A stretch of DNA of 64,000 nucleotides from assembly GCA_963664875.1 (NCBI GenBank), contig OY761611.1, positions 3,264,001-3,328,000 on the forward strand. The letters run 5' to 3'. The notes under the pieces are model-generated. The model was given only the letters and a program-made list of their open reading frames with translations, did not search any database and was not told the DNA's origin. A program made the position numbers and the translations under genes. The DNA is from Candidatus Kapaibacterium sp. (GTDB lineage: Bacteria > Bacteroidota > Ignavibacteria > Kapaibacteriales > UBA2268). Below, piece by piece: positions 9,293-19,206 of this stretch (position 1 is its first letter; each line of letters starts with the position of its first letter).

Positions 9293-11617
9293 TTAGAAAT
9301 CATCTTCCCATGATTTAGAAGAAGTTTTGCTAAGAACTGAATAATTTGGATTGAAAATTACTTCTTTAGGCTCGGTTTCAAACGGACCAATTTCAAATTT
9401 GATTTTCTCGCCTTTTATCATCGCACGGGTGTAATAAACAGAATTGTCGTCGAATACTACTTTCACAGGTACCGGCATAAAGAAGTTTTCGCTCACATCT
9501 TCCTGCACTACCTGACAATAAACCACATAATGACCATTCTCGTTAACAACTGTTTTAGAAGCAAATTCGTAAGATGGAATCTCGTAGCCATCTACCCACT
9601 GCTCGAAGAACCAACTCAGCTGAGCTCCAAAATGTTTTTCTAAAATGGCACGAAAATCATTTACTGAGTATTTGGAGTGTTTGTAAGTGCTGTAAAATTC
9701 TCGTAACATTGATTCGAAAGCAACTTCTCTCTTATCTGCTGCTGCGTTATAATCGATAAACAAGTTCCTCAGCATGTGAAATACGAATAAACTCTTGATA
9801 TTCATAGCTCTCGAATCTGCTCTGAATCTGCTGCCGCCAATCGATCCGTGCGACAAGCAACCATAATCCTCAAAATCTTTTGAAACGTCATCTAAAGACA
9901 AAAAGTAGTTATGCAAATCTCTCCAATTTTTTTCTGAGATACTTTTGTCCTCCAAAAAGACTTCCATATAGACAGACAAAAGGAATTGACGCAAACCAAA
10001 AGACAACCAATAATCTCTGTTGCTTTTCGCTTCCATGCCATCAAACCACAGACTACTCATATAGTGGACAAATTGAATCATAGCAGATATACCCGGCTCT
10101 TCAAATATTTCGGTTGGAATAGCCAACTCTCTATTGCAAAGGAAGAAACCTGCAGAGGATGTATATTCAGTTGTGAAATCAAGGAAGTAATAACTGCTTC
10201 CGGTCAATCTTTTTTCTTTAGGAGTTTGTAAGATTTTCAAAGAGTTTTCCGGCAATTTGCCTAAAATGTAGCTAAAGTATTGATAAGCAATCTGATAGTT
10301 TAGTTTAATAGCATCGAGATTGGAGGTGCTGTTGTATTGAAATATTAGCTCTTTATGTCCTATTTCAGGTTTTATTTCTTTTGTTTTATAATTATTGAAA
10401 ATTACAGCAATACTCTCGAGAGAATCTGGGTACTCCCATTCTGTGATATTATATCCTTCGCTTGATTTTTCATCTTTCACTTTATTTCCAAAGGCATAAA
10501 CATCCTTGCCTTGGTTGGATTTGACTCTAAGAGAAAATTTCATGTGTTTATATTGGTCACCATCGACAGGATAAAGCGAAGATGCGAATAGCATATCTGA
10601 GATTTTAATTTTGCTTTTCATAACAAAAGTTAAAGTTAAAGTGTCGCCTGCAGGTACTACCTCAGGTAAGTTGACCCAAACTGAGTAATAATCAGTAGGT
10701 TTTTGGTGATAAAAGTTTACTGACCTGCCTTTGTTATCTTTGACAGATACGAGCTCACTTTGGGGATTTATAGCGAGTTTTAACCATTGTAGATTGTCAA
10801 GAGCTGCGATTTTGAGGGAAGAAGTAGAAGTATATTTTTTTTCAAAAGAGAACTCCAAATTGATATCTATTGCTTCGACTGAGAACTTCTGTTTTAGCTT
10901 TGAACGCTCCAACTCTGACAATAGGTAATCCTCAGCTCTGTCAAATGATAGAATAATTTCCATATCTCTTTCGCTATTGCCTGTGCTGATATTAGTTCTG
11001 TAGAAATTACACTCTTCAATATCTGCCGGGTTAAAAATCCAAACATACTGGTCTTGAATTCCGGTAAAAAACTCAGCTAAGAAAAATTCGGATTTACCTT
11101 TTTCCAATATGGCATAAGCAATTCCTGAATAAACATTTTCTATCTGAGGTTGTACAAAGCTTTTCCAAGTATCAGAGAATAACTCTTCAATCTGTTTTTT
11201 ATCAGAGAAACTCGTTTTTGGGAAATCAGTAGAAATTGTTTCAAAGAAATCATCATCAAAAATAAAGCTTGCTTTCGAAAAAGTTGTAGTATAGTAATCG
11301 TTTCCAAAATGTCTTCTGCAAAGCTGTTTTTCGGGTTCTATAGGTGGGCTCAATTCAAAAGAGCCGTGCCCTAAAAAGATGGCGACATGCCTACCCTCGC
11401 CAATATCCTGCATAAAATAGACAATACCGCTGTCAAGTATTGTGGTTGCGGCATCTTGGGAAATAAACACATCTCTTACTTTATAGATATGCTCAGAATC
11501 CGGTTTGAGACTGGCGAAACTGTCATAAAAATCCTTGTAATTTTTGAAGTCTTTTGCTTCAGTTGACATAGCAAAAACAAGAGAAAAAAGAAACGTCAAG
11601 AGAAAGAAATTTTTCAT
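9293..11617 (-). CDS. Secreted M1 aminopeptidase-like protein with degenerate Zn site
   Basis: Signal peptide. M1 C-terminal signature (HMLR...FESMLREFY...DFRAILEKHFGAQLSWFFEQWV) present, but HEXXH reads HYMSS. Confidence 0.78.
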   Translation of the reverse strand: MKNFFLLTFLFSLVFAMSTEAKDFKNYKDFYDSFASLKPDSEHIYKVRDVFISQDAATTILDSGIVYFMQDIGEGRHVAIFLGHGSFELSPPIEPEKQLCRRHFGNDYYTTTFSKASFIFDDDFFETISTDFPKTSFSDKKQIEELFSDTWKSFVQPQIENVYSGIAYAILEKGKSEFFLAEFFTGIQDQYVWIFNPADIEECNFYRTNISTGNSERDMEIILSFDRAEDYLLSELERSKLKQKFSVEAIDINLEFSFEKKYTSTSSLKIAALDNLQWLKLAINPQSELVSVKDNKGRSVNFYHQKPTDYYSVWVNLPEVVPAGDTLTLTFVMKSKIKISDMLFASSLYPVDGDQYKHMKFSLRVKSNQGKDVYAFGNKVKDEKSSEGYNITEWEYPDSLESIAVIFNNYKTKEIKPEIGHKELIFQYNSTSNLDAIKLNYQIAYQYFSYILGKLPENSLKILQTPKEKRLTGSSYYFLDFTTEYTSSAGFFLCNRELAIPTEIFEEPGISAMIQFVHYMSSLWFDGMEAKSNRDYWLSFGLRQFLLSVYMEVFLEDKSISEKNWRDLHNYFLSLDDVSKDFEDYGCLSHGSIGGSRFRADSRAMNIKSLFVFHMLRNLFIDYNAAADKREVAFESMLREFYSTYKHSKYSVNDFRAILEKHFGAQLSWFFEQWVDGYEIPSYEFASKTVVNENGHYVVYCQVVQEDVSENFFMPVPVKVVFDDNSVYYTRAMIKGEKIKFEIGPFETEPKEVIFNPNYSVLSKTSSKSWEDDF

Positions 11618-11735
11618 GGTCATAATACTAACATTAAAATAAGACATAAATTTTAAAGACAAATATAATAAGAGTATTATTCATAATTACAAAAATTCTC
11701 ACCCCTCTCTTTCTAATCCCAACACACCCTGGCAC

Positions 11736-11779
11736 AAAAAAAAAGCCGGCACTTTATTTTTGAGGTAAAGTGCCGGCTT
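11736..11779 (-). terminator. Intrinsic terminator of the 1853-aa gene
   Basis: A run + agccggcacttta...taaagtgccggct, giving a U tail on the minus strand. Confidence 0.88.
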
Positions 11780-11826
11780 CGGTGAGTTAGCGTTTGCTTC
11801 GTTTGGCAAATGCGGTGTTTTTTGGA

Positions 11827-14800
11827 TTATTTCACTACATTTACTTTACGTGTGATTACGTAGCCGTCTAATTCGATTACCAATGTGTAGCTGCCGCTTG
11901 TCAAGTTTGATGCGTCGATTGTTACTTCGCTGCCGTCAAAGTTGCCGTTTGCGTATTCTACTACTTTGCGTCCGCTCATGTCGCTTAAGTAAATGTTTGC
12001 TGTGCTTGCGCCGCTTACTTTTACTTTAGACTGTGCACTTACAGGATTTGGTGTTACTTCGCCTACCATCAAGTTGTTTGGTGCGCTTAGTTCCACTTCT
12101 TCGATTTCGCTGTATTCGAATTTTCCGCTGCGTTCTATCATTTTTAGTCTGTATGCATATTTTTTGCCTAATTCTACGCCGTAATCTGCTGTGTTGTAGT
12201 TGCGTACTGAGTGGCTTGTGCCGCTTGCGCTTACTTCTGATACTTTGCTGAATAGGTCTGCATAGCCGTCTGTGATTTCTGTTCTTTCTACTTCGAAGCG
12301 GTCACTTTCGATTTCTGATAAAGTTGACCAGTTCAAATCTACTCGGTTGCCTACTGCTTTTGCATCAAATGTTGCCAATTCGATTGGAATTATGATGCCG
12401 CCGTTTGCTTCTGCGAAGTCAAATACGCTTCTTAGCATTTTTTCGATGTCTGCTATGTGGCGCCAGTCTGCTCCTAAGTAGCATATATTTGTTCCGATTG
12501 TTGTTGTGGCTACACCCATGATTTTTTCTTCCGGTAACAATGTGCTTGTGCCGTTTAGTTCATTTGTGTAGTAGTATGCCAACTTAACTCTACCTTCGCC
12601 GCCGTCCCACATGTCAACTAATGCTGGGTTTGGTGCTGCGTCGCCTACGAAGTTTGTTGGTGCTATTATGTTTGTTAGGTTTCTGCCTACGCTGCTGCCG
12701 GTTACTTCTGTGTAGTCGATTACTTCAGGATTTGCTTTTACGCGGTCTGTAGCTCTGAATAAATCGCGTGCTACTACGCCGTTGTTTCTGATCATTTCCT
12801 GTGATGCTAAGATCAGGTTCTTCTTATCGATTGAAGTTCCGTTTGCAAAGTAGTTTTCTATGTCTAATTCTTCGTAACGTGATAATTTTACATCTGCATC
12901 GCCCATCACATCGTGTGCGTCTGACCATACTACTGTGCGGTAGTGACCATAATCTATGGCTCTTGCTTCCCAGTTGTTTCTGTCTAATACGTCATAGTCG
13001 ATTGTGTCGTTGGCGATTGTTGTTGCTGTCGGATTGATTGCTACTTTCCAGCCTACAAAGCTCAAACCGTTTACTACGCGGTCGTGGTTCAATTTACCTG
13101 CGATTTCTGTTAGGCTTGGTGTGTTGCTCAAGTCTGCATTTACATATTGGCTGCTTACCAACATGTTCATCCATGAGCGGCGAATGAAGAATCTTACGAT
13201 TTTTGATGCTTCGTTGTTTGTGTTGTCTTCATCGCTTTCTGTTACTATCATTATTTTGTAGCGTGGTGTTACGTTTGCTGTCATTTCTGAATATACTTCA
13301 GGTACTGATGCTGCATAGCTTGGGTTCAAACGCAAGTCTGCATACGTTTCTGGTACAAATTCCAAGCCTTTGCCATCGGCAAGGTTGAAGTTTACATCAA
13401 CGTATTCGTAGGTTGTTGCATCTACTTTTACTGTTTGTTCGTAGTCCGGTGCTGCACCGAATGTACCGTTTGGCAATTCACGATAGATTTTTACTGTTAC
13501 TTCTGAGCCTGTTTGGAATAAGCTACCGTTGTTTCTCAAACGTGCACTTACTTCTACAGGGGCTTCTGTCATGATGTGTTCTGCATCTGCAAAGATACCT
13601 TCTGTTGCGCGGTATGATGCAGGTGCTGTGATTGTAGTTGATTCCATATCGCTTACATATACGCGTCCGTTAAATTCTAACGCACCGATGTCGTATCTCT
13701 GACCTGCTTCGCCGCGTACTTTGCCTGTGATGTCGCTTGTTGTTACATCTAGGATATCGCCGCGGTTATTTAGTACTGAGTTCAATGGCATTGGGTTTGA
13801 TTTAACGCGTAAGTTCTGTGGATTTGTTCCTACAAATGCGTAATCTGTCATAAATTTTGAATATACTGAGTATTTGTCTGCTCCTGCCCATGCTTGCCAT
13901 TGTGCCAATGTTTTGTATTCATTGATTGCTGCATCTGACAATTTGTTGCCGGCTGCATCTGTTTCGATCCAACGGTAAACTGATGATGCTGAGTTTTCTG
14001 TCCAATATACGTTGCGGTCAGAAATTACGCCTGCCTCTTCCATTGAAGGTCCTTGGTAGAACACGCATGCTGATACAGGGCAAGTTGCTGCATAGTCGTT
14101 ATCCATTGCTGCGATTGCGTTGTTTTTGAGTACTGTACCCATTACGTTTTGAAGACCTACGCCCATTACTGCACGTGTGTTCATTACGCCGTCATCGCCG
14201 TTTACTATGATTGTATTGTTTACGATTGCGTCATTTCTTGAGAAGTAATCTGACTGCAATGGTGAGTCAAAACTGTTGCGTTGTGTGAATACGTAAATAC
14301 CTGCTCTTGCTGTATTTGCGTCGTTTGGCAACAATTCCCATACGATGTTACCTGCGATTACCATTGATTCAGGATTTACCGGGAATGTTGTCAGCAAGCT
14401 ACCTTCGATTAGCTGTTGTGGTGATTGCTCTACGCGAATACCACTTACCATGCCTGTACCGCTGATGCTGCTGATTTCGTTGTTCAATATGTTTACCATA
14501 CGGTTGTTGTAGCCGAAATAGCCACGTGCTGACTGACCGCCTGCCATGATACCTGCTGCGTCAAGACCTGTGCAACCGCCTTCGATGTCATATATTCTGT
14601 TACCGCTGATTTCTGTATGTTTTTCATGACCTACAAAAACGCCTGCGCGGCCTACATTATGAATTACGTTGTTGCTGATTACGTTGTTTTCGTTGAAATG
14701 CTCTACGTTATGGCCTAAACCTTGTACGAGCAACTGACCGATACCCATAGAAGCAACACCATAAGCGAATCCGCTGATTTCGTTGTTCATGATTACGTTG

Positions 14801-17388
14801 TTTGCATTTACAAGGGTATCAAGACCGTCTGTGTTTGCATTGAATTTTTCGTTAATCGGTGCTTTACTGCGCATCACGATACCGGCTGTGTAAGCCAATG
14901 TATTTGAGCGTTTGTCTGCTTCGTATTTGAAGCCGCCCTGTGCTGCTGAATATACTGTCAATGGCAATGAGCATTTAAAGCTGCCTGCATCTGTACCTTC
15001 GATTATACAATTTTTGATTGTATTGTTTGATGCACCGTTACCCAAATAGAACACTGCTTTGAATGGTTCGTCTGTGTCTAATGTGAATTTTATTGATTTC
15101 TGGCTGCCACCATCAAATGTGATGTAACCGTCAGAGTTAGAATAATTTCTTTTTGTGCTTGCAGACATCATGTAAACAGCTGCATTTGGTTGTGCAGGTT
15201 CGACGTTTTGTGCGATATATACACCGATACCGTTACCGCTGTGCAAGTTGATATTGATAGACCCTTTGTTTACTGCTTTACTTTGTGCAGGTTTGAAAGT
15301 GATTGTGTTTTCTTCGCTGACACCGATAATTTTAGAAGAAATATCTAAAGCAGGAAGAGTTGGATTTGCTTTTGAGCCTATGTTATAAGTAGGATCAGTA
15401 AGTTCAAATACAACAGGACCGCTAACACCTTTAAGATATACATCATTAAGAGCTGCTTCTACAGTGGCATAGTTACGAGTACCGGAAACTGTGTTGCCGA
15501 TAGTATAAGTGCCTGACATTGCAGCAATTGCAGTGAAATAAGATGTTATTGAGTTGTTTGTCAAATCTTTGTCACCAGGGTGAGTACAAAGAACTGTTAC
15601 TTTATACTGACCTGGTTCATTCAAAATGAGTGGATCAGGGAAAGGCACTGAAGTAGTGTTATAAGTACCATATTGCAACTCAGGAACTAATGTATTGCTT
15701 TGGTAAACAATATTTGTGCTTGGAGTAGGACCTGTGATTACCATGGATGCACCAACGTTTGTCAAATCGAGTACACCGTTGTTGATAAAACGTGCTCTTG
15801 GTTGTGTAGGTCTGCCTACATAAACGCCACTTGTCGGTGCTTCGATTGCCAAAGCTGCCGGTTCGTTGTTGTATGCTACTTCAAAAATCAAGTCACTTTG
15901 ATAAGCATTAGGAACTATATTATTGATAGGTTCATCGTCAATAACTGTTTTCTGAGAAACTGAGTATTCGACTCTATATTCGCCAATCTGAACAAGAGGT
16001 TGTTTTGTTCTGAATGGAGAGAAATCAACACTATAGTATTCGCCTGTGCTCATTGGATTAGTAGTATTAGACCAGCTAAATTCATCTTCATAAACCAATG
16101 TGCCGGTGTCGTGTCTGTAAACTTTAACAAATGCGTCAAAAGAATATACATCATTCAAGCCAATATTGGTAACTCTGATGTCCAAAGGAACAACGTTGTC
16201 TATCAAATATTTGATTCTTGTTTTTGGTTTCGGATTGCCAACAGTAGTGATTGACAAATCGTTTTCCAAAGCGATGATAAATTTTTTCTGTATTGTTTCT
16301 TCGTAGTCTTCTGCAGGAACAATCAATTTTGCTATAGCGATATATTCGCCACCGGGGATAGTTGCTGCATTTGTTTCTAGGTCAAACTGACCTGTGTTAT
16401 TGGCATCGTCAGGGCTTGCAGGATTCATTTTAGCTGCAATACCTGTTGCATGAGTGAACGTGTAAACAAAACCTTTTCCTTCAGGTTGTGGAGCAGGATT
16501 GATTGTTGTTGTAGTAACGTCGCCTTCTTTAGTGGCTGTATAAATCGGAACTTGTGTTTTCAAGTCAATTATTTTGTATTCCAAACGGATATCAGGTTGT
16601 CCAGCCTCTCTATCTAGAGTGATAGTTGGAGCAGGGAAGACAGAACCGCGTGGGAAAATCTGGCCTTCTAATGGAGTAATGTTAGTAAGAGTAGGTAAAG
16701 GTTTTTTAGTAGAGTAAGTTTTACCACTTGGTAAAAACGGAGCAACTGCAGTTGTTAAAAAGCGTGCAGGATTTGCATTTACATTGCTGTAATAAAATGT
16801 AGATGGGCTACCCGGTTCTATATTGATATAGTTTGCAGTAGAAGCACCTGTCATAAATGCTATTGAATTACCACCTAAAGCTACATCATTCATCCCACTA
16901 CCATAAACAAAAGATACTACTCCATCTTCGCTTATTTTAACTTGGAAATTCATTTGGACACCATTTTGACCAAAATATGCTGTATTTTTCCATTGTACAG
17001 TCAAAACACGACTTGGAGCTGTGCCTTCAACCGTCCAACTTAAATTACCGCCATTTTGATCAGTACGTAAATCTTCTGCACATGGAGTAACTACTAATGC
17101 AGATGTTGTAGGAGTTATCGATAAACTACCAAGAGTAGTATTGTTGAAAGCTAACCAGCCGTTTGATGATGGTCTTAATGTGGTTACTAATACATCATCA
17201 AAATAGATAGGAAATGGAGCGTCAAAGTTATATTGAACATCGTCGCCTGAGCCGAGTACTGTACCGCTTATTGGTACATAAGATTGAGTGCTTTCGCTAA
17301 TCGTCTGAGTCAATAATGGATCAGCTTTAGCACTAACAATTAGAATTACTGCAGCAATAAGTACTGCAAAAAGGTTTTTAAGACGCAT
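11827..17388 (-). CDS. Large T9SS-secreted surface protein (Ig/CARDB-like domains, right-handed beta-helix, T9SS CTD)
   Basis: Signal peptide; repeated V.N.G...NN Ig modules; NN.I.NN.I beta-helix repeats; YDIGALEF; IPIELATF...LNWST..E...FEVER; VTPNP...LTSGSYTL...VNVVK CTD. Confidence 0.88.
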   Translation of the reverse strand: MRLKNLFAVLIAAVILIVSAKADPLLTQTISESTQSYVPISGTVLGSGDDVQYNFDAPFPIYFDDVLVTTLRPSSNGWLAFNNTTLGSLSITPTTSALVVTPCAEDLRTDQNGGNLSWTVEGTAPSRVLTVQWKNTAYFGQNGVQMNFQVKISEDGVVSFVYGSGMNDVALGGNSIAFMTGASTANYINIEPGSPSTFYYSNVNANPARFLTTAVAPFLPSGKTYSTKKPLPTLTNITPLEGQIFPRGSVFPAPTITLDREAGQPDIRLEYKIIDLKTQVPIYTATKEGDVTTTTINPAPQPEGKGFVYTFTHATGIAAKMNPASPDDANNTGQFDLETNAATIPGGEYIAIAKLIVPAEDYEETIQKKFIIALENDLSITTVGNPKPKTRIKYLIDNVVPLDIRVTNIGLNDVYSFDAFVKVYRHDTGTLVYEDEFSWSNTTNPMSTGEYYSVDFSPFRTKQPLVQIGEYRVEYSVSQKTVIDDEPINNIVPNAYQSDLIFEVAYNNEPAALAIEAPTSGVYVGRPTQPRARFINNGVLDLTNVGASMVITGPTPSTNIVYQSNTLVPELQYGTYNTTSVPFPDPLILNEPGQYKVTVLCTHPGDKDLTNNSITSYFTAIAAMSGTYTIGNTVSGTRNYATVEAALNDVYLKGVSGPVVFELTDPTYNIGSKANPTLPALDISSKIIGVSEENTITFKPAQSKAVNKGSININLHSGNGIGVYIAQNVEPAQPNAAVYMMSASTKRNYSNSDGYITFDGGSQKSIKFTLDTDEPFKAVFYLGNGASNNTIKNCIIEGTDAGSFKCSLPLTVYSAAQGGFKYEADKRSNTLAYTAGIVMRSKAPINEKFNANTDGLDTLVNANNVIMNNEISGFAYGVASMGIGQLLVQGLGHNVEHFNENNVISNNVIHNVGRAGVFVGHEKHTEISGNRIYDIEGGCTGLDAAGIMAGGQSARGYFGYNNRMVNILNNEISSISGTGMVSGIRVEQSPQQLIEGSLLTTFPVNPESMVIAGNIVWELLPNDANTARAGIYVFTQRNSFDSPLQSDYFSRNDAIVNNTIIVNGDDGVMNTRAVMGVGLQNVMGTVLKNNAIAAMDNDYAATCPVSACVFYQGPSMEEAGVISDRNVYWTENSASSVYRWIETDAAGNKLSDAAINEYKTLAQWQAWAGADKYSVYSKFMTDYAFVGTNPQNLRVKSNPMPLNSVLNNRGDILDVTTSDITGKVRGEAGQRYDIGALEFNGRVYVSDMESTTITAPASYRATEGIFADAEHIMTEAPVEVSARLRNNGSLFQTGSEVTVKIYRELPNGTFGAAPDYEQTVKVDATTYEYVDVNFNLADGKGLEFVPETYADLRLNPSYAASVPEVYSEMTANVTPRYKIMIVTESDEDNTNNEASKIVRFFIRRSWMNMLVSSQYVNADLSNTPSLTEIAGKLNHDRVVNGLSFVGWKVAINPTATTIANDTIDYDVLDRNNWEARAIDYGHYRTVVWSDAHDVMGDADVKLSRYEELDIENYFANGTSIDKKNLILASQEMIRNNGVVARDLFRATDRVKANPEVIDYTEVTGSSVGRNLTNIIAPTNFVGDAAPNPALVDMWDGGEGRVKLAYYYTNELNGTSTLLPEEKIMGVATTTIGTNICYLGADWRHIADIEKMLRSVFDFAEANGGIIIPIELATFDAKAVGNRVDLNWSTLSEIESDRFEVERTEITDGYADLFSKVSEVSASGTSHSVRNYNTADYGVELGKKYAYRLKMIERSGKFEYSEIEEVELSAPNNLMVGEVTPNPVSAQSKVKVSGASTANIYLSDMSGRKVVEYANGNFDGSEVTIDASNLTSGSYTLVIELDGYVITRKVNVVK

Positions 17389-17393
17389 GTCTT

Positions 17394-17399
17394 CCTCCT
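17394..17399 (-). promoter_or_regulatory. Strong Shine-Dalgarno (AGGAGG)
   Basis: Minus strand reads aaaaggaggaagacATG. Confidence 0.75.
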
Positions 17400-18055
17400 T
17401 TTGTTGTTATATATTGGATAACTATTATTATAAGAACTCTCTTGAATAAATCTTTTAATGAAATCGAGTATTCATTAAAGGTATCATATTATGTGTATTT
17501 TTAACATTTCTCTATATAAAAGTTAAAAGTAACACTGTATATGAACGTAATTGTATAGCATTATTGTCAATATAATATAATTACAGAACAATATCCATCA
17601 ATATAGTAAACTTCTATTATAGATAACAAAAATATTTGCAAATTGTTACATATAAAGACGAAGATAAATGAAGTTGTGATTCTCTATAGCTATAATATCT
17701 TTAAAATCAAGAAATTAGAATGTGTGTTAAAATATTGTAAATATGTCAACAAAGTAGATAGACACTATAACATAAAAACTATTGAGGGCTGCTCAAATTT
17801 TCGATTGCCATTATTATTTGTAGCTAAAGCATTAAAATGCTCAAATCCAATACCAAAAATTTACATTTTTCTTGATTTATCTTAATAACAATTGACTTAA
17901 ATCAAAAACCGTGCTAAATCAAGCAAAATTTGCAAAAAGTCTTAAACCAAGATTCCTTATTTTGAGTCTTAAATAGAATAGTTTTTATTGAAACAAAATT
18001 TGTTTTTTTACGTAGCAGACAGAGAATTTTTAACTAATACTAAAGAATTATTTTT

Positions 18056-19183
18056 ATGTCTAAGAGAAAAATTTCAATAGTTCTGGCAATAGTTGCCACC
18101 CTCATCATTGCTTTTGCGGGTTTCAGTTTTTTTGCCGGCATGAAAGAATCCCCAACTAAACAGTTGCCTCCCGATAGAGTGCTCAAAGTATCTGTAGCTG
18201 AAGTAGCATACGACACTATGACTACTAATATTGTATCTACCGGTAGATTGGATTCTAAAAGTTTTGTAGATATGATCTCAGAGGTTTCCGGAAAAATATT
18301 GCCGGGTGATGTGCCTTTGAAAAAGGGACAAAGTTTCCGTCAGGGGCAGTTGCTTGCTAAGATATATTCCGAAGAAGCAGAGCTTGCCCTCAAAGGAAGA
18401 AAAAGTCGCTATCTGACTACCTTAGCAAATATGCTCCCTGATATGCAAATTGATTTTCCGGGTGCGTACCCTTCATGGGAAAAATTCTTTAATTCCATAG
18501 AATTAGATAAGAATTTACCTGAAATGCCTAAAGTTGCAAACAGTAAAGAAAAAATATTTCTTTCTGCTCGTAATATAATTAGTGAATATTTCGGAATACA
18601 AAGCGACGAAATAAGGCTAACAAAATATATGCTTTATGCTCCGTTTAACGGTTCTTTTAATGAAGTTTATTTAGAGATAGGAGCTGTTGCTAATACAGGT
18701 TCGAAACTTGCAAAACTTATCAGAACTGATATGTTAGAACTCGAAGTGCCGGTCAACTATGATTTATCCAGAAAAATCAGTAACGGTCACAAGGTAACAG
18801 TTAGCTCTGATGACAATAAATATACATGGACAGGTACTGTTAATCGCAAATCTGAATTTATCGATCCTAACACTCAGTCAGTTAGTGTTTTTGTAACATT
18901 AGCTGCCGGAAACACATCTTTATATAAAGGTATGTATCTAAAAGCTCAGTTTGGTTCGATAACTTATAAAGATGTAATGGAACTTCCGAGAAATGCAGTC
19001 TTTAATCAGGATGAAGTATATTATGTAGATTCTGAAATGAAATTGCGAAAAGCCCAAATTCAAATAGTTAAATACAATGACAAGACTCTTCTATTACAAG
19101 GACTGCCTGAGGGCATGAAGGTTGTAGATGAGCCATTAATTAATGTAACAGAGAATTTGCCTGTCGAAATTATAAACAAGTAA
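18056..19183 (+). CDS. RND efflux periplasmic adaptor (membrane fusion protein)
   Basis: N-terminal TM; SEVSGKI, LYAPFNG and LPRNAV motifs; first gene of a tripartite operon. Confidence 0.92.
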   Translation: MSKRKISIVLAIVATLIIAFAGFSFFAGMKESPTKQLPPDRVLKVSVAEVAYDTMTTNIVSTGRLDSKSFVDMISEVSGKILPGDVPLKKGQSFRQGQLLAKIYSEEAELALKGRKSRYLTTLANMLPDMQIDFPGAYPSWEKFFNSIELDKNLPEMPKVANSKEKIFLSARNIISEYFGIQSDEIRLTKYMLYAPFNGSFNEVYLEIGAVANTGSKLAKLIRTDMLELEVPVNYDLSRKISNGHKVTVSSDDNKYTWTGTVNRKSEFIDPNTQSVSVFVTLAAGNTSLYKGMYLKAQFGSITYKDVMELPRNAVFNQDEVYYVDSEMKLRKAQIQIVKYNDKTLLLQGLPEGMKVVDEPLINVTENLPVEIINK

Positions 19184-19206
19184 TATCCAGAATACGAATC
19201 TAAAAC

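Noticed and set aside
11993-16254. Many short plus-strand ORFs inside the 1853-aa gene
   Set aside because: A by-product of A depletion on the plus strand (fewer stops); the translations look non-protein-like.
17643-17885. 80-aa ORF in the divergent intergenic region
   Set aside because: TTG start, no RBS or motif, very AT-rich promoter DNA.
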